Of a DNA stretch of 64,000 nt, positions 19,697 through 31,736 are shown piece by piece (the stretch's first letter is position 1; each line of letters begins with the position of its first letter). The translations under genes and the position numbers were made by a program. The notes below the pieces were generated by a model. The model was given only the letters and a program-made list of their open reading frames with translations, had not been told where the DNA came from and searched no databases. This DNA is from an uncultured Nautiliales bacterium (GTDB lineage: Bacteria > Campylobacterota > Campylobacteria > Campylobacterales > Nautiliaceae), in contig CAYPHV010000001.1 in assembly GCA_964410645.1 (NCBI GenBank), positions 19,441 through 83,440 on the forward strand, read 5' to 3'.

Positions 19697-20355
19697 TTAT
19701 GAACCTTTGTCTGAAATTTGATAATTATTTCTATATTTTTATTGAATTTAATATTTTGAACTTGAGAAATCAGTTCTTTTTGTTTCTCCTCATCTAAATT
19801 GCTCTTAAGAATCAATACACTGATATTGCCGTTTTGATTTATAAATTTTATTGTAGCATATTCTCCGGGAATATAAGATATATTGTTCCAGATTTGATAT
19901 ATTTTATTTATTAATTCGTTTATTTTCCCTTTATTTGAATTTGATTTGGCTGAATAACTTATATCAATATTAATATTTTTTAGTTTGTTAAGCTGATTTT
20001 TAATATTGCCTTTAAATCTGCTTAAATTTAGATTTTTCTTCAAATTTATTTTTTTAGTTGGAACATTATTTTTTACATTTTTAAAAATATCATTAAAATT
20101 AACATTTCCACCTTTTGTAAAACTGCTTTTTGAACCTGCTTTATTTTTAATAATTTTTTTAATTTTTTGAATACTGCTTTTTTTAGATTTTTTAATCCTG
20201 TTTATTCTTTTATAAGAAAAATTTTTGGTTACTATTGCAGTATGAACAAAAACTTTTTCTTCTGTTTTAGGCTTTTGCGAAAAAATAAAAATAAAAAAAA
20301 GTAAAACCAGAGAATAAGATATCAAAGAAAACAAAAAAGCCAAAAAAATTCTCAT
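19693..20355 (-). CDS. TolA/TonB-like membrane-anchored protein
   Basis: N-terminal TM anchor, a K-rich linker and a small C-terminal domain. It occupies the tolA slot between tolR and tolB. Confidence 0.55.
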   Translation of the reverse strand: MRIFLAFLFSLISYSLVLLFFIFIFSQKPKTEEKVFVHTAIVTKNFSYKRINRIKKSKKSSIQKIKKIIKNKAGSKSSFTKGGNVNFNDIFKNVKNNVPTKKINLKKNLNLSRFKGNIKNQLNKLKNINIDISYSAKSNSNKGKINELINKIYQIWNNISYIPGEYATIKFINQNGNISVLILKSNLDEEKQKELISQVQNIKFNKNIEIIIKFQTKVHK

Positions 20356-20729
20356 TTAGTGAGTAATCCTATTTGTCTAAATCCGGTTTTGACAACAGAT
20401 GAATAAACTTTCATAAAAATATTATATTTTATATTTTTATCGGCTGCAATATATATTAATGAATTTTTATTATAATTTCCATATTTTAAATTGAAATTTT
20501 CTAAAAAATTATTAAGTGGCATTTGTTCTTTATTAACAAAGACACTACCGTTTTTTTTAATTACGATTGTTATTGTAGCTTTTTTTTCTGCAGGATTTGT
20601 TTGGCTTCCCTGAGGCAAATCAACAGTTTTTTCCTGATAAGTAGGGACACTGACTGAAACCATTAAAATAGCCAACAAAACAAGCATAATATCAACAAAA
20701 GGAGTAATATTTAATTCAGGCTTTCTCAT
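20352..20729 (-). CDS. tolR: TolR/ExbD family protein
   Basis: PELNITPFVDIMLVLLAILMV N-terminus with the conserved Asp, typical of ExbD/TolR. Confidence 0.85.
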   Translation of the reverse strand: MRKPELNITPFVDIMLVLLAILMVSVSVPTYQEKTVDLPQGSQTNPAEKKATITIVIKKNGSVFVNKEQMPLNNFLENFNLKYGNYNKNSLIYIAADKNIKYNIFMKVYSSVVKTGFRQIGLLTK

Positions 20730-21279
20730 GAGACAAATATAAATCCTTTTGCATTTTTAATATAGATATCAAATCTTCTATTTTTTTTGAGAGCAACTGA
20801 TGAAAACTATATGCCGGTATGGCAGTAATTATACCTGCCGCAGTGGCAATTAAAGCATCAGCTATTGCCGGAGCTATCATATTTATAGTAGTGAGACTTT
20901 GCATACTGTTAAAGGCAGTAAGTATCCCTATAACAGTCCCAAACAAACCTATAAACGGAGCGGTAGAAGCGACAATACTTAAAAAAGTAAGACCATTTGA
21001 CGCTTTCATTCTTGCAGCTTCTATACATACATTAAAACTATATCTGTTTACTGTTTCAGATTTTTCAATACACGATTTTAAAGAAGAAGTAACAGGAAAA
21101 ACATTGCTCATCATTAAAGAATTAAATGCATCTTTTTCTTTTTTTATCCAAGAAGTTAATTGCAATAATTTATAGAAAAAAACAAAAAAAACAAAAAAAA
21201 GATATATTCCCAGCCAACCTAAAATAATTATATTAATTGGATTGGCTAAGAATTTAGATATTTCTGGCAGCACTCTCAA
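20716..21279 (-). CDS. tolQ: TolQ/ExbB family proton channel
   Basis: LSIVASTAPFIGLFGTVIGILTAF...AIADALIATAAGIITAIPA signature. A TTG (21279) or GVG-type GTG (21273) start overlaps the 3' end of atpC. Confidence 0.85.
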   Translation of the reverse strand: MRVLPEISKFLANPINIIILGWLGIYLFFVFFVFFYKLLQLTSWIKKEKDAFNSLMMSNVFPVTSSLKSCIEKSETVNRYSFNVCIEAARMKASNGLTFLSIVASTAPFIGLFGTVIGILTAFNSMQSLTTINMIAPAIADALIATAAGIITAIPAYSFHQLLSKKIEDLISILKMQKDLYLSHEKA

Positions 21280-21637
21280 TCTTTGCAGAAACAGTTGCCA
21301 TTAAAGTATCAGAATCCGTTGCACCCTTAAGAAGCTGTTTTGCCTTTTCAATAGCACTGGCAATACTGCTCTCATCAGGACCGGTAATCGGCACAGCACC
21401 ATCAGCCAATACATCAACATGATCAGGCGTTACTTCTACATGTCCCCAGTTAATAGCTATCATTTCTTGTTTACCATCGGGTTTTATAATTGTTATAACA
21501 CCCGGCGATAAATTTGTAACCAAAGGGGCATGTTTGTCAAGAACTCCAAATTCTCCTTCCGTACCGGGAAAAGTTGCTTCTTTTATTTCACCGTTAAAAA
21601 CCCTGCCTAACGGCGTTACAATATCAAGTTTCATCAT
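21254..21637 (-). CDS. atpC: F1 ATP synthase epsilon subunit
   Basis: KLDIVTP...VFNGEIKEATFPGTEGEFGVL..H.PL beta-sandwich followed by a helical hairpin. Confidence 0.92.
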   Translation of the reverse strand: MMKLDIVTPLGRVFNGEIKEATFPGTEGEFGVLDKHAPLVTNLSPGVITIIKPDGKQEMIAINWGHVEVTPDHVDVLADGAVPITGPDESSIASAIEKAKQLLKGATDSDTLMATVSAKIESAARNI

Positions 21638-21645
21638 AATCCCTT

Positions 21646-23061
<1,416 letters not shown>

Positions 23062-23943
23062 TTATTTTTTCTTCATAGCTTCCATAGCAGTAACTATTTC
23101 AATAAGTTCCCTTGTTACGGATTCTTGTCTGGCTTTATTAAACGCCAACGTCAACTGATGAACCATATCTTTAGCATTATTAGTAGCAGATTCCATGGCC
23201 TGCATTCTTGCACTATGTTCGCCCGCAAGCGAATCTAACAATGCAAAATACATCATATAATCAATATATTTTTTAACCAAACTTTCCAGAATAATCTCGT
23301 AATCTTCTTTTGGTTCAACTTCTAAATATTCGTTATTATTAACTTTATTAATTTTTATAGGCAACAATTCCTGAATATGTACCTGCTGCGTAAGTTTATT
23401 CACATAACCATTGTAAATAAGTATAATATTGTCTATGTCTTCATTTACAAAATCTTTATATGAATTTGAAATCACTTCAACCGCCTTTTCATAATTAGGA
23501 GATGAAGAAAGATTAATATACTCTTCAAATAAATCAATACCTATAAATTTAAAATACTCAATGGCCTTTTTACCAATAACTTTTAATCTGATTTTTATAT
23601 TTTTAGATTTTAATTCGTCAATTTTATTTAATGTTTCTTTTATTATATGATGATTAAAACCTCCACACAAACCTTTATCGGCACTGATAACAATTAAATC
23701 AATCTTTTTTACTTCTTGTATATCGGAAAAAGCTCTTATGCTACTTGTATCTTTTACAGAAGACATTCTTGATGATATATCATTCATAACTTCATCGATT
23801 TTTTTAGCATAATCACGCAAAAGAAGCATTGCCTCTTCCGCTCTTTTTAATTTTGCGGTAGAAACGAGTTTCATTGCATGCGTTGTTTTTTGTGTATTTT
23901 TTACACTTGCTATTTGGTTTTTTAATTCTTTTAAAGTTGCCAT
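23062..23943 (-). CDS. atpG: F1 ATP synthase gamma subunit
   Basis: LKELKNQIASVKNTQKTTHAMKLVSTAKL N-terminus and RQESVTRELIEIV C-terminus. Confidence 0.95.
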   Translation of the reverse strand: MATLKELKNQIASVKNTQKTTHAMKLVSTAKLKRAEEAMLLLRDYAKKIDEVMNDISSRMSSVKDTSSIRAFSDIQEVKKIDLIVISADKGLCGGFNHHIIKETLNKIDELKSKNIKIRLKVIGKKAIEYFKFIGIDLFEEYINLSSSPNYEKAVEVISNSYKDFVNEDIDNIILIYNGYVNKLTQQVHIQELLPIKINKVNNNEYLEVEPKEDYEIILESLVKKYIDYMMYFALLDSLAGEHSARMQAMESATNNAKDMVHQLTLAFNKARQESVTRELIEIVTAMEAMKKK

Positions 23944-23946
23944 ATA

Positions 23947-25452
23947 TTATCCTTCTGGACTAAACTGTGCCTTAAATTCTTCCAATGCGTTTTTCAATAT
24001 ATCCTCTGTTTGCGAATCAAGCTGTTTTTTACTTCTAATATTCTCAAAAATTTGTGGATACTTGGTTTCAATAAACGGATAAAGATCATCTTCAAATTTT
24101 CTAATTGATACCACAGGCAAATCATCCAAATACCCTTTTGTAGCAGAATAAATAATAACTACTTGTTTTTCAACGCTCAAAGGCTGATGAGCCGGCTGTT
24201 TTAAGATTTCAACAAGCCTTTGCCCCCGTTCAAGCTGTTTTCTACTTGCTTCATCAAGATCACTTGCAAATTGAGCAAAAGCTTCAAGCTCTCTGTATTG
24301 AGCCAAATCAAGTCTAAGAGTCCCGGCCACCTGTTTCATCGCTTTAATCTGTGCAGCCCCTCCCACTCTTGAAACTGACAAACCGACATTAATTGCAGGC
24401 CTTATACCTTTATTGAAAAGGTTTGTTTCCAAGAAAATTTGTCCGTCGGTAATAGAAATTACATTTGTCGGAATATAAGCGGCAACATCTCCGCCTTTTG
24501 TCTCAATTATCGGTAAAGCGGTTAAACTTCCGGCTCCAAGTTCATCATTAAGCTTTGCAGCTCTTTCAAGCAATCTGGAATGCAAATAAAAAACATCTCC
24601 AGGATATGCTTCTCTTCCAGGAGGTCTTCTTAAAAGAAGAGACATTTCTCTGTATGCATCGGCATGCTTACTTAAATCATCGTAAACAATTAACGCATGC
24701 CTTCCGTTGTCTCTAAAATATTCACCCATGGTAACACCTGCATACGGAGCTAAATATTTAAGAGAAGCTGCCTCACTGGCACCGGCGTTAACCACTATTG
24801 TATAATCCATAGCTCCGTATTCTTCCAAAACTTTGACAACATTTGCAACAGTTGATTCTTTTTGGCCAATAGCAACATAAATACAAACAACATCTTGACC
24901 TTTTTGATTAAGAATTGCGTCAATAGCAACAGTGGTTTTACCTGTTTGTCTGTCTCCAATAATAAGTTCCCTTTGCCCTCTTCCGATTGGCACTAACGCA
25001 TCAATTGATTTAAGCCCTGTCTGCAACGGTTCATGCACAGATTTTCTTTCAATAATACCGGGGGCTTTTTCTTCAACATATTTATATTCCGCCGCTTCAA
25101 TTTCACCCTTTCCATCAATCGGTTCTCCTAATGAATTAACAACTCTACCGATTACCGCATCGCCAACAGGAACAGAAATTAATTTGCCAAGCCTTTTAAC
25201 ACTGCTTCCTTCTCTAATTTCTGTACCGCTGCCTAAAACAACAATACCGACATTATCGGTTTCCAGGTTAAATACCAAACCTGTTTCACCAGTTTCAAAT
25301 TCTACCATTTCACCGGCCATTGCATTTGTTAAACCATAAACTTTTGCAATACCATCGGCAGAATAGATAACTTTTCCTACTTCTTCTACATCAACTTTAA
25401 GATCGAAATTTTCAATTTTTTCTTTTATTATAGAGGTTATTTCTTGTACCAC
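23947..25452 (-). CDS. atpA: F1 ATP synthase alpha subunit
   Basis: GTG start. Walker A GDRQTGKT, and the [17 protein letters not shown] and ITDGQIFLE blocks. Confidence 0.98.
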   Translation of the reverse strand: MVQEITSIIKEKIENFDLKVDVEEVGKVIYSADGIAKVYGLTNAMAGEMVEFETGETGLVFNLETDNVGIVVLGSGTEIREGSSVKRLGKLISVPVGDAVIGRVVNSLGEPIDGKGEIEAAEYKYVEEKAPGIIERKSVHEPLQTGLKSIDALVPIGRGQRELIIGDRQTGKTTVAIDAILNQKGQDVVCIYVAIGQKESTVANVVKVLEEYGAMDYTIVVNAGASEAASLKYLAPYAGVTMGEYFRDNGRHALIVYDDLSKHADAYREMSLLLRRPPGREAYPGDVFYLHSRLLERAAKLNDELGAGSLTALPIIETKGGDVAAYIPTNVISITDGQIFLETNLFNKGIRPAINVGLSVSRVGGAAQIKAMKQVAGTLRLDLAQYRELEAFAQFASDLDEASRKQLERGQRLVEILKQPAHQPLSVEKQVVIIYSATKGYLDDLPVVSIRKFEDDLYPFIETKYPQIFENIRSKKQLDSQTEDILKNALEEFKAQFSPEG

Positions 25453-25466
25453 TTATACTCCTTTCT

Positions 25467-25982
25467 TTAGATTGCTTTTAAAATTTGTTGAATTAAATTA
25501 CTTTTAATTCTGTCTTCATTCAAATAAACTTCAACATCTAAAACATCAACAAAAACCTTGATTCCATTCAAATCACTCCTTTTTAACTGAAGTTTAATAG
25601 TTGCATTAAATGTTTCAGAAAGTTTTCTTTCCAATTCTTTTAACGAACTTTCATTTATTTTGCCTTCTACGCTTCCGGAATATGTGTTTAAATGCTTTGA
25701 AACTTTGGCATACAGGCTTTCATCCATTTTTCTAATTAAATCGATTCTTTTATTTAATAACAAAATTTTAAAAAAATTAATCAATTTAAAATTCTTACTT
25801 TCTGCTAAAGAAGATAAAAAATCTAATTTCTCATCCATACTCAAAAGAGGTGATTTAATTATCAAAATAAATTTTTGGTCATTTGCCAAAAGAGCAACTT
25901 TTGAAATTGCTTCATACACATTTATAATTTCGTCTTCATTCAACGCTTCCAGCAACGCTTTGGTGTATTTTTCAACTATCAT
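25467..25982 (-). CDS. atpH: F1 ATP synthase delta (OSCP) subunit
   Basis: Size, helical profile and position between atpF and atpA. Confidence 0.85.
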   Translation of the reverse strand: MIVEKYTKALLEALNEDEIINVYEAISKVALLANDQKFILIIKSPLLSMDEKLDFLSSLAESKNFKLINFFKILLLNKRIDLIRKMDESLYAKVSKHLNTYSGSVEGKINESSLKELERKLSETFNATIKLQLKRSDLNGIKVFVDVLDVEVYLNEDRIKSNLIQQILKAI

Positions 25983-26479
25983 TATGCCACCTTTAATATT
26001 ATTTTAACTGCATCGTCACTGTTAATATGAACGTCTTTTAATGTTTCTTTTAAAAATTCTTTAACAACTTCTTTTTTAATTTTTTTAGATTCAACATCTT
26101 TAAATTCTTCAAATTGTTTTTGAAGTAATGCGGCTTCATTCTCTGCCTGGGCTTTCATTTTCTTTTCAATAAATTTCGTTTCTTCTTTTGCGTTTTCCAC
26201 CATTTCTTTTGCTTTTATTTTAGCATTTCCAAGTTCCGCTTTTAACGCTTCTTTTCTTAGTTTTGATTCTTTTAATTTATCTTCGACTTCATTAAATTTT
26301 TTTGCAATATTTTCTTTTCTCTGTTTGAAAAAATTGATGACTTTATTTCCCGCTAAATACCAAAGAATAGCAACATATATAAGAAAATTTATTGTTCTTG
26401 GAATTATATCGGTATGACCTGTTTCATTGGCAAAAGCAAATACACCCAAAAAAATCAGTAAAGCAGTTATTTTTTTCAT
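25982..26479 (-). CDS. atpF: Fo ATP synthase subunit b
   Basis: N-terminal TM plus a long charged helix; second of two tandem b-type genes. Confidence 0.85.
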   Translation of the reverse strand: MKKITALLIFLGVFAFANETGHTDIIPRTINFLIYVAILWYLAGNKVINFFKQRKENIAKKFNEVEDKLKESKLRKEALKAELGNAKIKAKEMVENAKEETKFIEKKMKAQAENEAALLQKQFEEFKDVESKKIKKEVVKEFLKETLKDVHINSDDAVKIILKVA

Positions 26480-26901
26480 GCCACATTCCTTAATTTTTTT
26501 TCAGCTAATGTTTTAATTCCTTCTTTTTCTTTTAAAAGTTCATTTAAAATATTTGCTTTTTCTTTTTGCAATATTAATTTTAGTGACTCTTTAGCTTCTT
26601 CTATTTCATTTCTTTTTAAAACTTTTATTTTTTCAGCTTCTTCAAAAGCTTTCATTTTTCCTTCATCTAATATTTTTTTCGCATCATCTTTTGCATGCTG
26701 CAAAACAGTTTTTATTTCTTCTTCAACTGCTTTTGTTTCTTCGCTGTTTTGATTAATTATCTGAAGTTCTTTTTTAAGCGTTTTATCTCTTTCATCCATA
26801 AATTTAATTAATGGATCAAACAACCAGATTTTAAGTAAAATCATTGTAATAAAAAAAATACCGGCGATTATAAGCATAACACCTAAATTTAAATTCATCA
26901 T
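26476..26901 (-). CDS. atpF': Fo ATP synthase subunit b'
   Basis: N-terminal TM plus a charged coiled helix; first b-type gene of the operon, as in Campylobacter atpF'. Confidence 0.8.
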   Translation of the reverse strand: MMNLNLGVMLIIAGIFFITMILLKIWLFDPLIKFMDERDKTLKKELQIINQNSEETKAVEEEIKTVLQHAKDDAKKILDEGKMKAFEEAEKIKVLKRNEIEEAKESLKLILQKEKANILNELLKEKEGIKTLAEKKLRNVA

Positions 26902-26934
26902 TAAATCTCCTTTTTATGAAATTTTAACATAAAT

Positions 26935-27771
26935 TTAATCTAACTTTTTCAAAAAATTTCTCAAATTTTGAAAATCTGTTTCATTTTTAAATTTTAACTT
27001 AACATAATCTTTTCCCAAATCAATTTTTATTCCAAATTTTTTAATCTTTTGGGCAAGAATTAATATTTCTTCTTTAATATCCTCATTTTTTTGAAGTTTA
27101 TCTGATTTATTTTTTAATCTTTTAATTAAATTTTCCGTTTCTCTAACGCTTAAAGATTTATTTTCTATATTATTTACAACTGTTTTTAACTCATTTTCTT
27201 CCAAACCGGATAAAATTTTAGCATGTCCAAAAGAAATTTTATTTGTTAAAAGCTTGTTTTGGACAAATTCCGGCAGAGATAAAATTCTTAACATATTCGT
27301 AATATAACTTCTGCTTTTACCTATATTTTTTGCAAGTTCTTCATGTGTAAAATCATACTCGTCAATCAACGACTTAAGGGAATAGGCAACTTCCAAAGGG
27401 TTTAAATCTTCTCTTTGAATATTTTCTATTAACGCATATTCTCTCAAATCCTTTATAGGTATATCGCTTATTATTGCTGTAATTTTTTCTTTGCTTAAAT
27501 ACTGCATTGCCCTGAATCTTCTTTCGCCTGCAACCAATATATATTTATTATCTTTTTCTATAACAATTACAGGTTGCATTAATCCGTGCTTTTGAATAGA
27601 TTTAGCCAATTCACTGATTGATTCTTCATTAAAACTTTTTCTTGGCTGAAAAGGATTTGGTTCTATTTTACTTAATTCGATTTCTTTAATGCCGGCATTT
27701 GGCATACTTTTTAAATATCCCGCTTCAACATCTTCCAATATCGCGCCAAGACCTCTGCCAAGTTTTTTCAT
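26935..27771 (-). CDS. parB: Chromosome partitioning protein ParB
   Basis: LGRGLGAIL N-terminus, the VAGERRFRA box, and the HTH LAKNIGKSRSYITNMLRIL. Confidence 0.95.
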   Translation of the reverse strand: MKKLGRGLGAILEDVEAGYLKSMPNAGIKEIELSKIEPNPFQPRKSFNEESISELAKSIQKHGLMQPVIVIEKDNKYILVAGERRFRAMQYLSKEKITAIISDIPIKDLREYALIENIQREDLNPLEVAYSLKSLIDEYDFTHEELAKNIGKSRSYITNMLRILSLPEFVQNKLLTNKISFGHAKILSGLEENELKTVVNNIENKSLSVRETENLIKRLKNKSDKLQKNEDIKEEILILAQKIKKFGIKIDLGKDYVKLKFKNETDFQNLRNFLKKLD

Positions 27772-28544
27772 TCGACACTCTCCAATATTTTTTTAGCTAA
27801 AAGCTGATAAGCTTCCGCACCTTTACTTTTTATGTCATACAGAATCACGGGTATTCCAAAACTTGGTGCTTCCGCCAATTTAATATTTCTGGGAATAGTG
27901 ATAATCCCCTGTTGAAGTTTGAAAAGTTTATCATCAAAATATCTTTTTAAATCCTGCAAAACCTGTTTCGAAAGATTGTTTTTTCTTGTATACATTGTAG
28001 GCAGAATCCCTTTTATTTTAAGACCCGGATTTGACGTATGCTGAAGAAGGGTTATTGTTTTTAAAAGCTGAGCCAGACCTTCAAGGGCAAAATATTCCGT
28101 TTGAACAGGGATAATAACACTGTCACTTGCATTAAGGGCGTTAATAGTAATAATTCCGAGTGTCGGGGGAGTATCTATAATAATATAGTCATAATCATCT
28201 TCTATCGGCTCAAGCTTTTTTTTGATAACAAGATTGTCAATTTCAGGATCAAATTCTTTTTCAATTCCAACCAAACCTATATTTGAAGGAATAATTTCAA
28301 GAGTCGGAAGCATTGTTTTTAATTTTACTTCATTTATATCTTTTACACCTATTAAAATATGATATACATTAAATTCATAATCATTTTTATAAAAACCCAT
28401 GGAAGTTGTGCCATTTGCCTGGGGATCGGCATCAATAAATAAAATTTTTTTATCCGCAATTGCCAAGGACGCAGCCAGATTCACAGCGGTAGTTGTTTTA
28501 CCCACCCCTCCTTTTTGATTAGCTATAGTAATTATTTCAGCCAT
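27768..28544 (-). CDS. parA: Chromosome partitioning ATPase ParA/Soj
   Basis: Deviant Walker A NQKGGVGKTTTAVNLA, and IIIDTPPTLG. Confidence 0.95.
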   Translation of the reverse strand: MAEIITIANQKGGVGKTTTAVNLAASLAIADKKILFIDADPQANGTTSMGFYKNDYEFNVYHILIGVKDINEVKLKTMLPTLEIIPSNIGLVGIEKEFDPEIDNLVIKKKLEPIEDDYDYIIIDTPPTLGIITINALNASDSVIIPVQTEYFALEGLAQLLKTITLLQHTSNPGLKIKGILPTMYTRKNNLSKQVLQDLKRYFDDKLFKLQQGIITIPRNIKLAEAPSFGIPVILYDIKSKGAEAYQLLAKKILESVE

Positions 28545-29212
28545 TATTTACCTTTTAATGTTGCGTCATTATTTATTTCTGCATCAATATAAAATATATG
28601 TTTACTCTTGTTAAAAATACATTTATAATCTTTAATTATATCTTCCCATCCTGGTTTTGCTAAAACCTGTTTTAAAAAATCTTTTAATATTTTATCATTT
28701 TTTATATCAATATCCAAACACCCGCTTTCATACTCATATGCTATATTGGGATTAATTTTAGTATTTACGCCTATTCCGCATACAATTTTATTCTTTTTTA
28801 TATTTGTAAGTATCCCGGCTATTTTTTTAGGCCTGTTTTCCAAAAGATAAATATCATTTGGCCATTTTATTGTTAAATTTTTCTTATATTTTATAAGCAC
28901 CTTATACATTAAATATGAGAAATAGACACTTAAGCTTTGCATCGGCACAAAATTAAATTCATTTAAATTTACAGCAAAAGAAAAAAATAAATTTCCTTTT
29001 TTTCCTATCCATTTTTTATTTTTTGTTCCAATACCGTTTGTTTGTATTTCACTCCAGACACAATAATAATTTAAATCTTTTTTTTCAATTTTATTTAATA
29101 AATATTTTTGTGTGGAATCAATTATTTCAAAATAATTTATATTCCAAATGCCATATTCATTTTCCACCCCGTCTTTTTTCAAATAACCCGGTTTACTTTG
29201 TTCATTTTTCAT
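28544..29212 (-). CDS. birA: Biotin-[acetyl-CoA-carboxylase] ligase BirA, class I (no HTH)
   Basis: QTNGIGTKNKKWIGKKGNLFFS (GRGRxGR-type biotin loop region) and KWPNDIYL. Confidence 0.85.
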   Translation of the reverse strand: MKNEQSKPGYLKKDGVENEYGIWNINYFEIIDSTQKYLLNKIEKKDLNYYCVWSEIQTNGIGTKNKKWIGKKGNLFFSFAVNLNEFNFVPMQSLSVYFSYLMYKVLIKYKKNLTIKWPNDIYLLENRPKKIAGILTNIKKNKIVCGIGVNTKINPNIAYEYESGCLDIDIKNDKILKDFLKQVLAKPGWEDIIKDYKCIFNKSKHIFYIDAEINNDATLKGK

Positions 29213-29213
29213 T

Positions 29214-30107
29214 TTATATTAAAATATTATCCCCTGCTTTAATTCTCCTGCCGTTTATATAATCAAAAGCTTTTACTTCTTTTTTACCCGGTACCTGAAT
29301 AGCTGTTAATCTGACTTTTCCCTCTTTACATCCGACAATAACTCCTTTATTGTCAATCTCTAATATTTTTCCTCTTTCATAACTGCCGTCTACATCAACT
29401 AATTCCATTTTAATAATTTTAAATTTTTTACAGTATATCCCCGGCCACGGCTGAAAAGCCCTGTATTTTCTATCCATTTCAATAGCACTTTCAAAATCTG
29501 AAAAACCGTCTGTTTTTTTTATTTTAGAAGAATAAGTGGCTAATAAACCGGATTGTTTTAACGGCTTTATTCTATTAAAATAATTTAAAATATAAATTAT
29601 CTGAGAACTGGCAACAAAAGCCAGTTCATCAAATAAATCCAAACTGTTTTTATTGTCTATTTTAACATAATCCCATACCAGTATATCTCCCGTATCCAAT
29701 CCTTTATCCATAAGCATAGAAGTAACCCCCGTATATTTTTCCCCATTTAATATAGCACTTTGAATAGGACTTGCACCTCTATATTTGGGTAAAAGCGAAG
29801 CATGAAGATTGATACACGGAGCAATCTCTAAAACTTCTTTTGGAAGCAAAAGTCCATATGCCGCCACTATTATAAAATCAGGGTTTAATCTTTTAATGTT
29901 TAATGATTCGTTTTTTAGAGTATCCGGGGTAAAAACGGTTAAATTATTTTCCGTTGCATATGTTTTAACAGGAGTCGGCGTTAAAATTTTTTTTCTGCCT
30001 ACTGGTTTATCGGGTTGGGTATAAACAGCTAATATATCAAATTTTTTATTCAAATTATCAAGAATTTTAACTGCATAATCCGGACTTCCCATAAAAACAA
30101 TTCTCAT
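29214..30107 (-). CDS. fmt: Methionyl-tRNA formyltransferase
   Basis: RIVFMGSPDYAV, NLHASLLPKYRGASPIQSAI, and a C-terminal OB-like domain. Confidence 0.95.
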   Translation of the reverse strand: MRIVFMGSPDYAVKILDNLNKKFDILAVYTQPDKPVGRKKILTPTPVKTYATENNLTVFTPDTLKNESLNIKRLNPDFIIVAAYGLLLPKEVLEIAPCINLHASLLPKYRGASPIQSAILNGEKYTGVTSMLMDKGLDTGDILVWDYVKIDNKNSLDLFDELAFVASSQIIYILNYFNRIKPLKQSGLLATYSSKIKKTDGFSDFESAIEMDRKYRAFQPWPGIYCKKFKIIKMELVDVDGSYERGKILEIDNKGVIVGCKEGKVRLTAIQVPGKKEVKAFDYINGRRIKAGDNILI

Positions 30108-30144
30108 CTTTTTCCTTAGTTTTTAGGAAATTATATCAAAAATC

Positions 30145-30927
30145 TTATCCGAACTTACCCGCTATATAATCAGCCGTTCGTTTTTCTTTTGGCGAAAGGA
30201 AAATCTGTTCAGTTGTTCCGTGTTCTATAAGTTCCCCTAAATACATAAAAACAGTATAATCGCTCACACGGCTGGCCTGCTGCATATTATGGGTTACTAT
30301 TACAATAGTTATTTTTTCTTTTAATTTTGTAACAAATTCCTCTATTGCAACGGTAGAAATAGGATCAAGTGCACTTGTAGGTTCGTCCATAAGCAAAACT
30401 TCGGGTTCAACTGCGATGGCCCTTGCAATACAAAGTCTTTGCTGCTGACCTCCGCTAAGACCTCTTGCATCATCTTTGAGCCTGTCTTTAACTTCATTCC
30501 ATAAAGCTGCCCCTTTAAGCACTTTTTCTACTTTTTCTTTAAGAACATTTTTATTTTTTTCACCCATTAATTTAAGACCATAGGCAATATTATCAAATAC
30601 ACTCATAGGAAAAGGGGTCGGTTTTTGAAAAATCATTCCAACTCTTTGTCTGAGTTTAATAAGCTCGTTTTCTTTTTTATATTCTAAAATATTTTCCATC
30701 TGTGTATCGGAATGTTTTAATGAAATTTCACCTTCGTATTTATTGCCCGGATATAAGTCATGAATTCTGTTAAGACTTCTTAAAAGTGTTGATTTCCCAC
30801 AACCGCTGGGTCCTATAATAGCGGTAACTTTTTTTTCATATATGGGTACGGTTATATTTTGCAAAGAAGGTTTTTGCGCACCTGCATATGTAAAATAAAA
30901 ATTTTTAATATCCATTATTTTGTTCAT
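30145..30927 (-). CDS. pstB: Phosphate ABC transporter ATPase PstB
   Basis: Walker [10 protein letters not shown], signature LSGGQQQRL, Walker [12 protein letters not shown], and the PstB-typical [14 protein letters not shown]. Confidence 0.95.
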   Translation of the reverse strand: MNKIMDIKNFYFTYAGAQKPSLQNITVPIYEKKVTAIIGPSGCGKSTLLRSLNRIHDLYPGNKYEGEISLKHSDTQMENILEYKKENELIKLRQRVGMIFQKPTPFPMSVFDNIAYGLKLMGEKNKNVLKEKVEKVLKGAALWNEVKDRLKDDARGLSGGQQQRLCIARAIAVEPEVLLMDEPTSALDPISTVAIEEFVTKLKEKITIVIVTHNMQQASRVSDYTVFMYLGELIEHGTTEQIFLSPKEKRTADYIAGKFG

Positions 30928-31736
30928 CTTTTTTTCTCCTTAATAATCCATCTTCCAAACAAATTTATAAATAAAACAAAAACAGTCAAAATAAAAGCAC
31001 CCGCCCATGCGATATTAACCAAATGTTTATCAGGCATTGTGGCAAGATTATAAATGGCAACCGTTAAACTGGGAAATTCCCGATTTAAATTAAGTGTAAA
31101 ATATTGACTGTTTCCGCTTGTAAAAAGCAAAGGCGCAGTTTCACCTATAATTCTGGCAAACGACAATAAAAGACCGGTCATTATACCGACTTTCGCCGCT
31201 TTTATCACTATATCAAAAATTACTTTATATTTAGGAGCGCCTATTGCAACACCGGCTTCACGCAGTTCTTTTGGGACAAGTCCCAACATATCATCGGTAG
31301 TCCTTACAATAATCGGAAGCATCATAATGGCAAGGGCGATTGCACCCGCCCATCCGTTCATATGACCTACAGGATTTACAACAATTGCATATACAAAAAC
31401 ACCGATTACAATAGAAGGTGCACTCATCATAACATCGCTTATATTTCTTATAAACTGGGCATATTTATTTCCAAAAGAGTATTCCTGAAGATAAATTCCT
31501 GCAACCATGCCTATAGGCACAGCCATAATAACGGCTAAAAATGCCAAAATAAATTGACCTACAAATAAATTTCTAAGTCCGTTATTAACCAAATCATGGG
31601 TAAAAATATATATATTCAACGCTTTTACACCTTTTATGGTTAGTGTAATCAGTATCCAAAATAAAAAAATAAGACCCAAAACAGCAGCTAAACTGGAAAG
31701 AAACAAAACTATTTTATTAACAATCAGTCTCATCAT
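30924..31736 (-). CDS. pstA: Phosphate ABC transporter permease PstA
   Basis: Polytopic permease with the EAA-type loop ([15 protein letters not shown]); position between pstC and pstB. Confidence 0.9.
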   Translation of the reverse strand: MMRLIVNKIVLFLSSLAAVLGLIFLFWILITLTIKGVKALNIYIFTHDLVNNGLRNLFVGQFILAFLAVIMAVPIGMVAGIYLQEYSFGNKYAQFIRNISDVMMSAPSIVIGVFVYAIVVNPVGHMNGWAGAIALAIMMLPIIVRTTDDMLGLVPKELREAGVAIGAPKYKVIFDIVIKAAKVGIMTGLLLSFARIIGETAPLLFTSGNSQYFTLNLNREFPSLTVAIYNLATMPDKHLVNIAWAGAFILTVFVLFINLFGRWIIKEKKR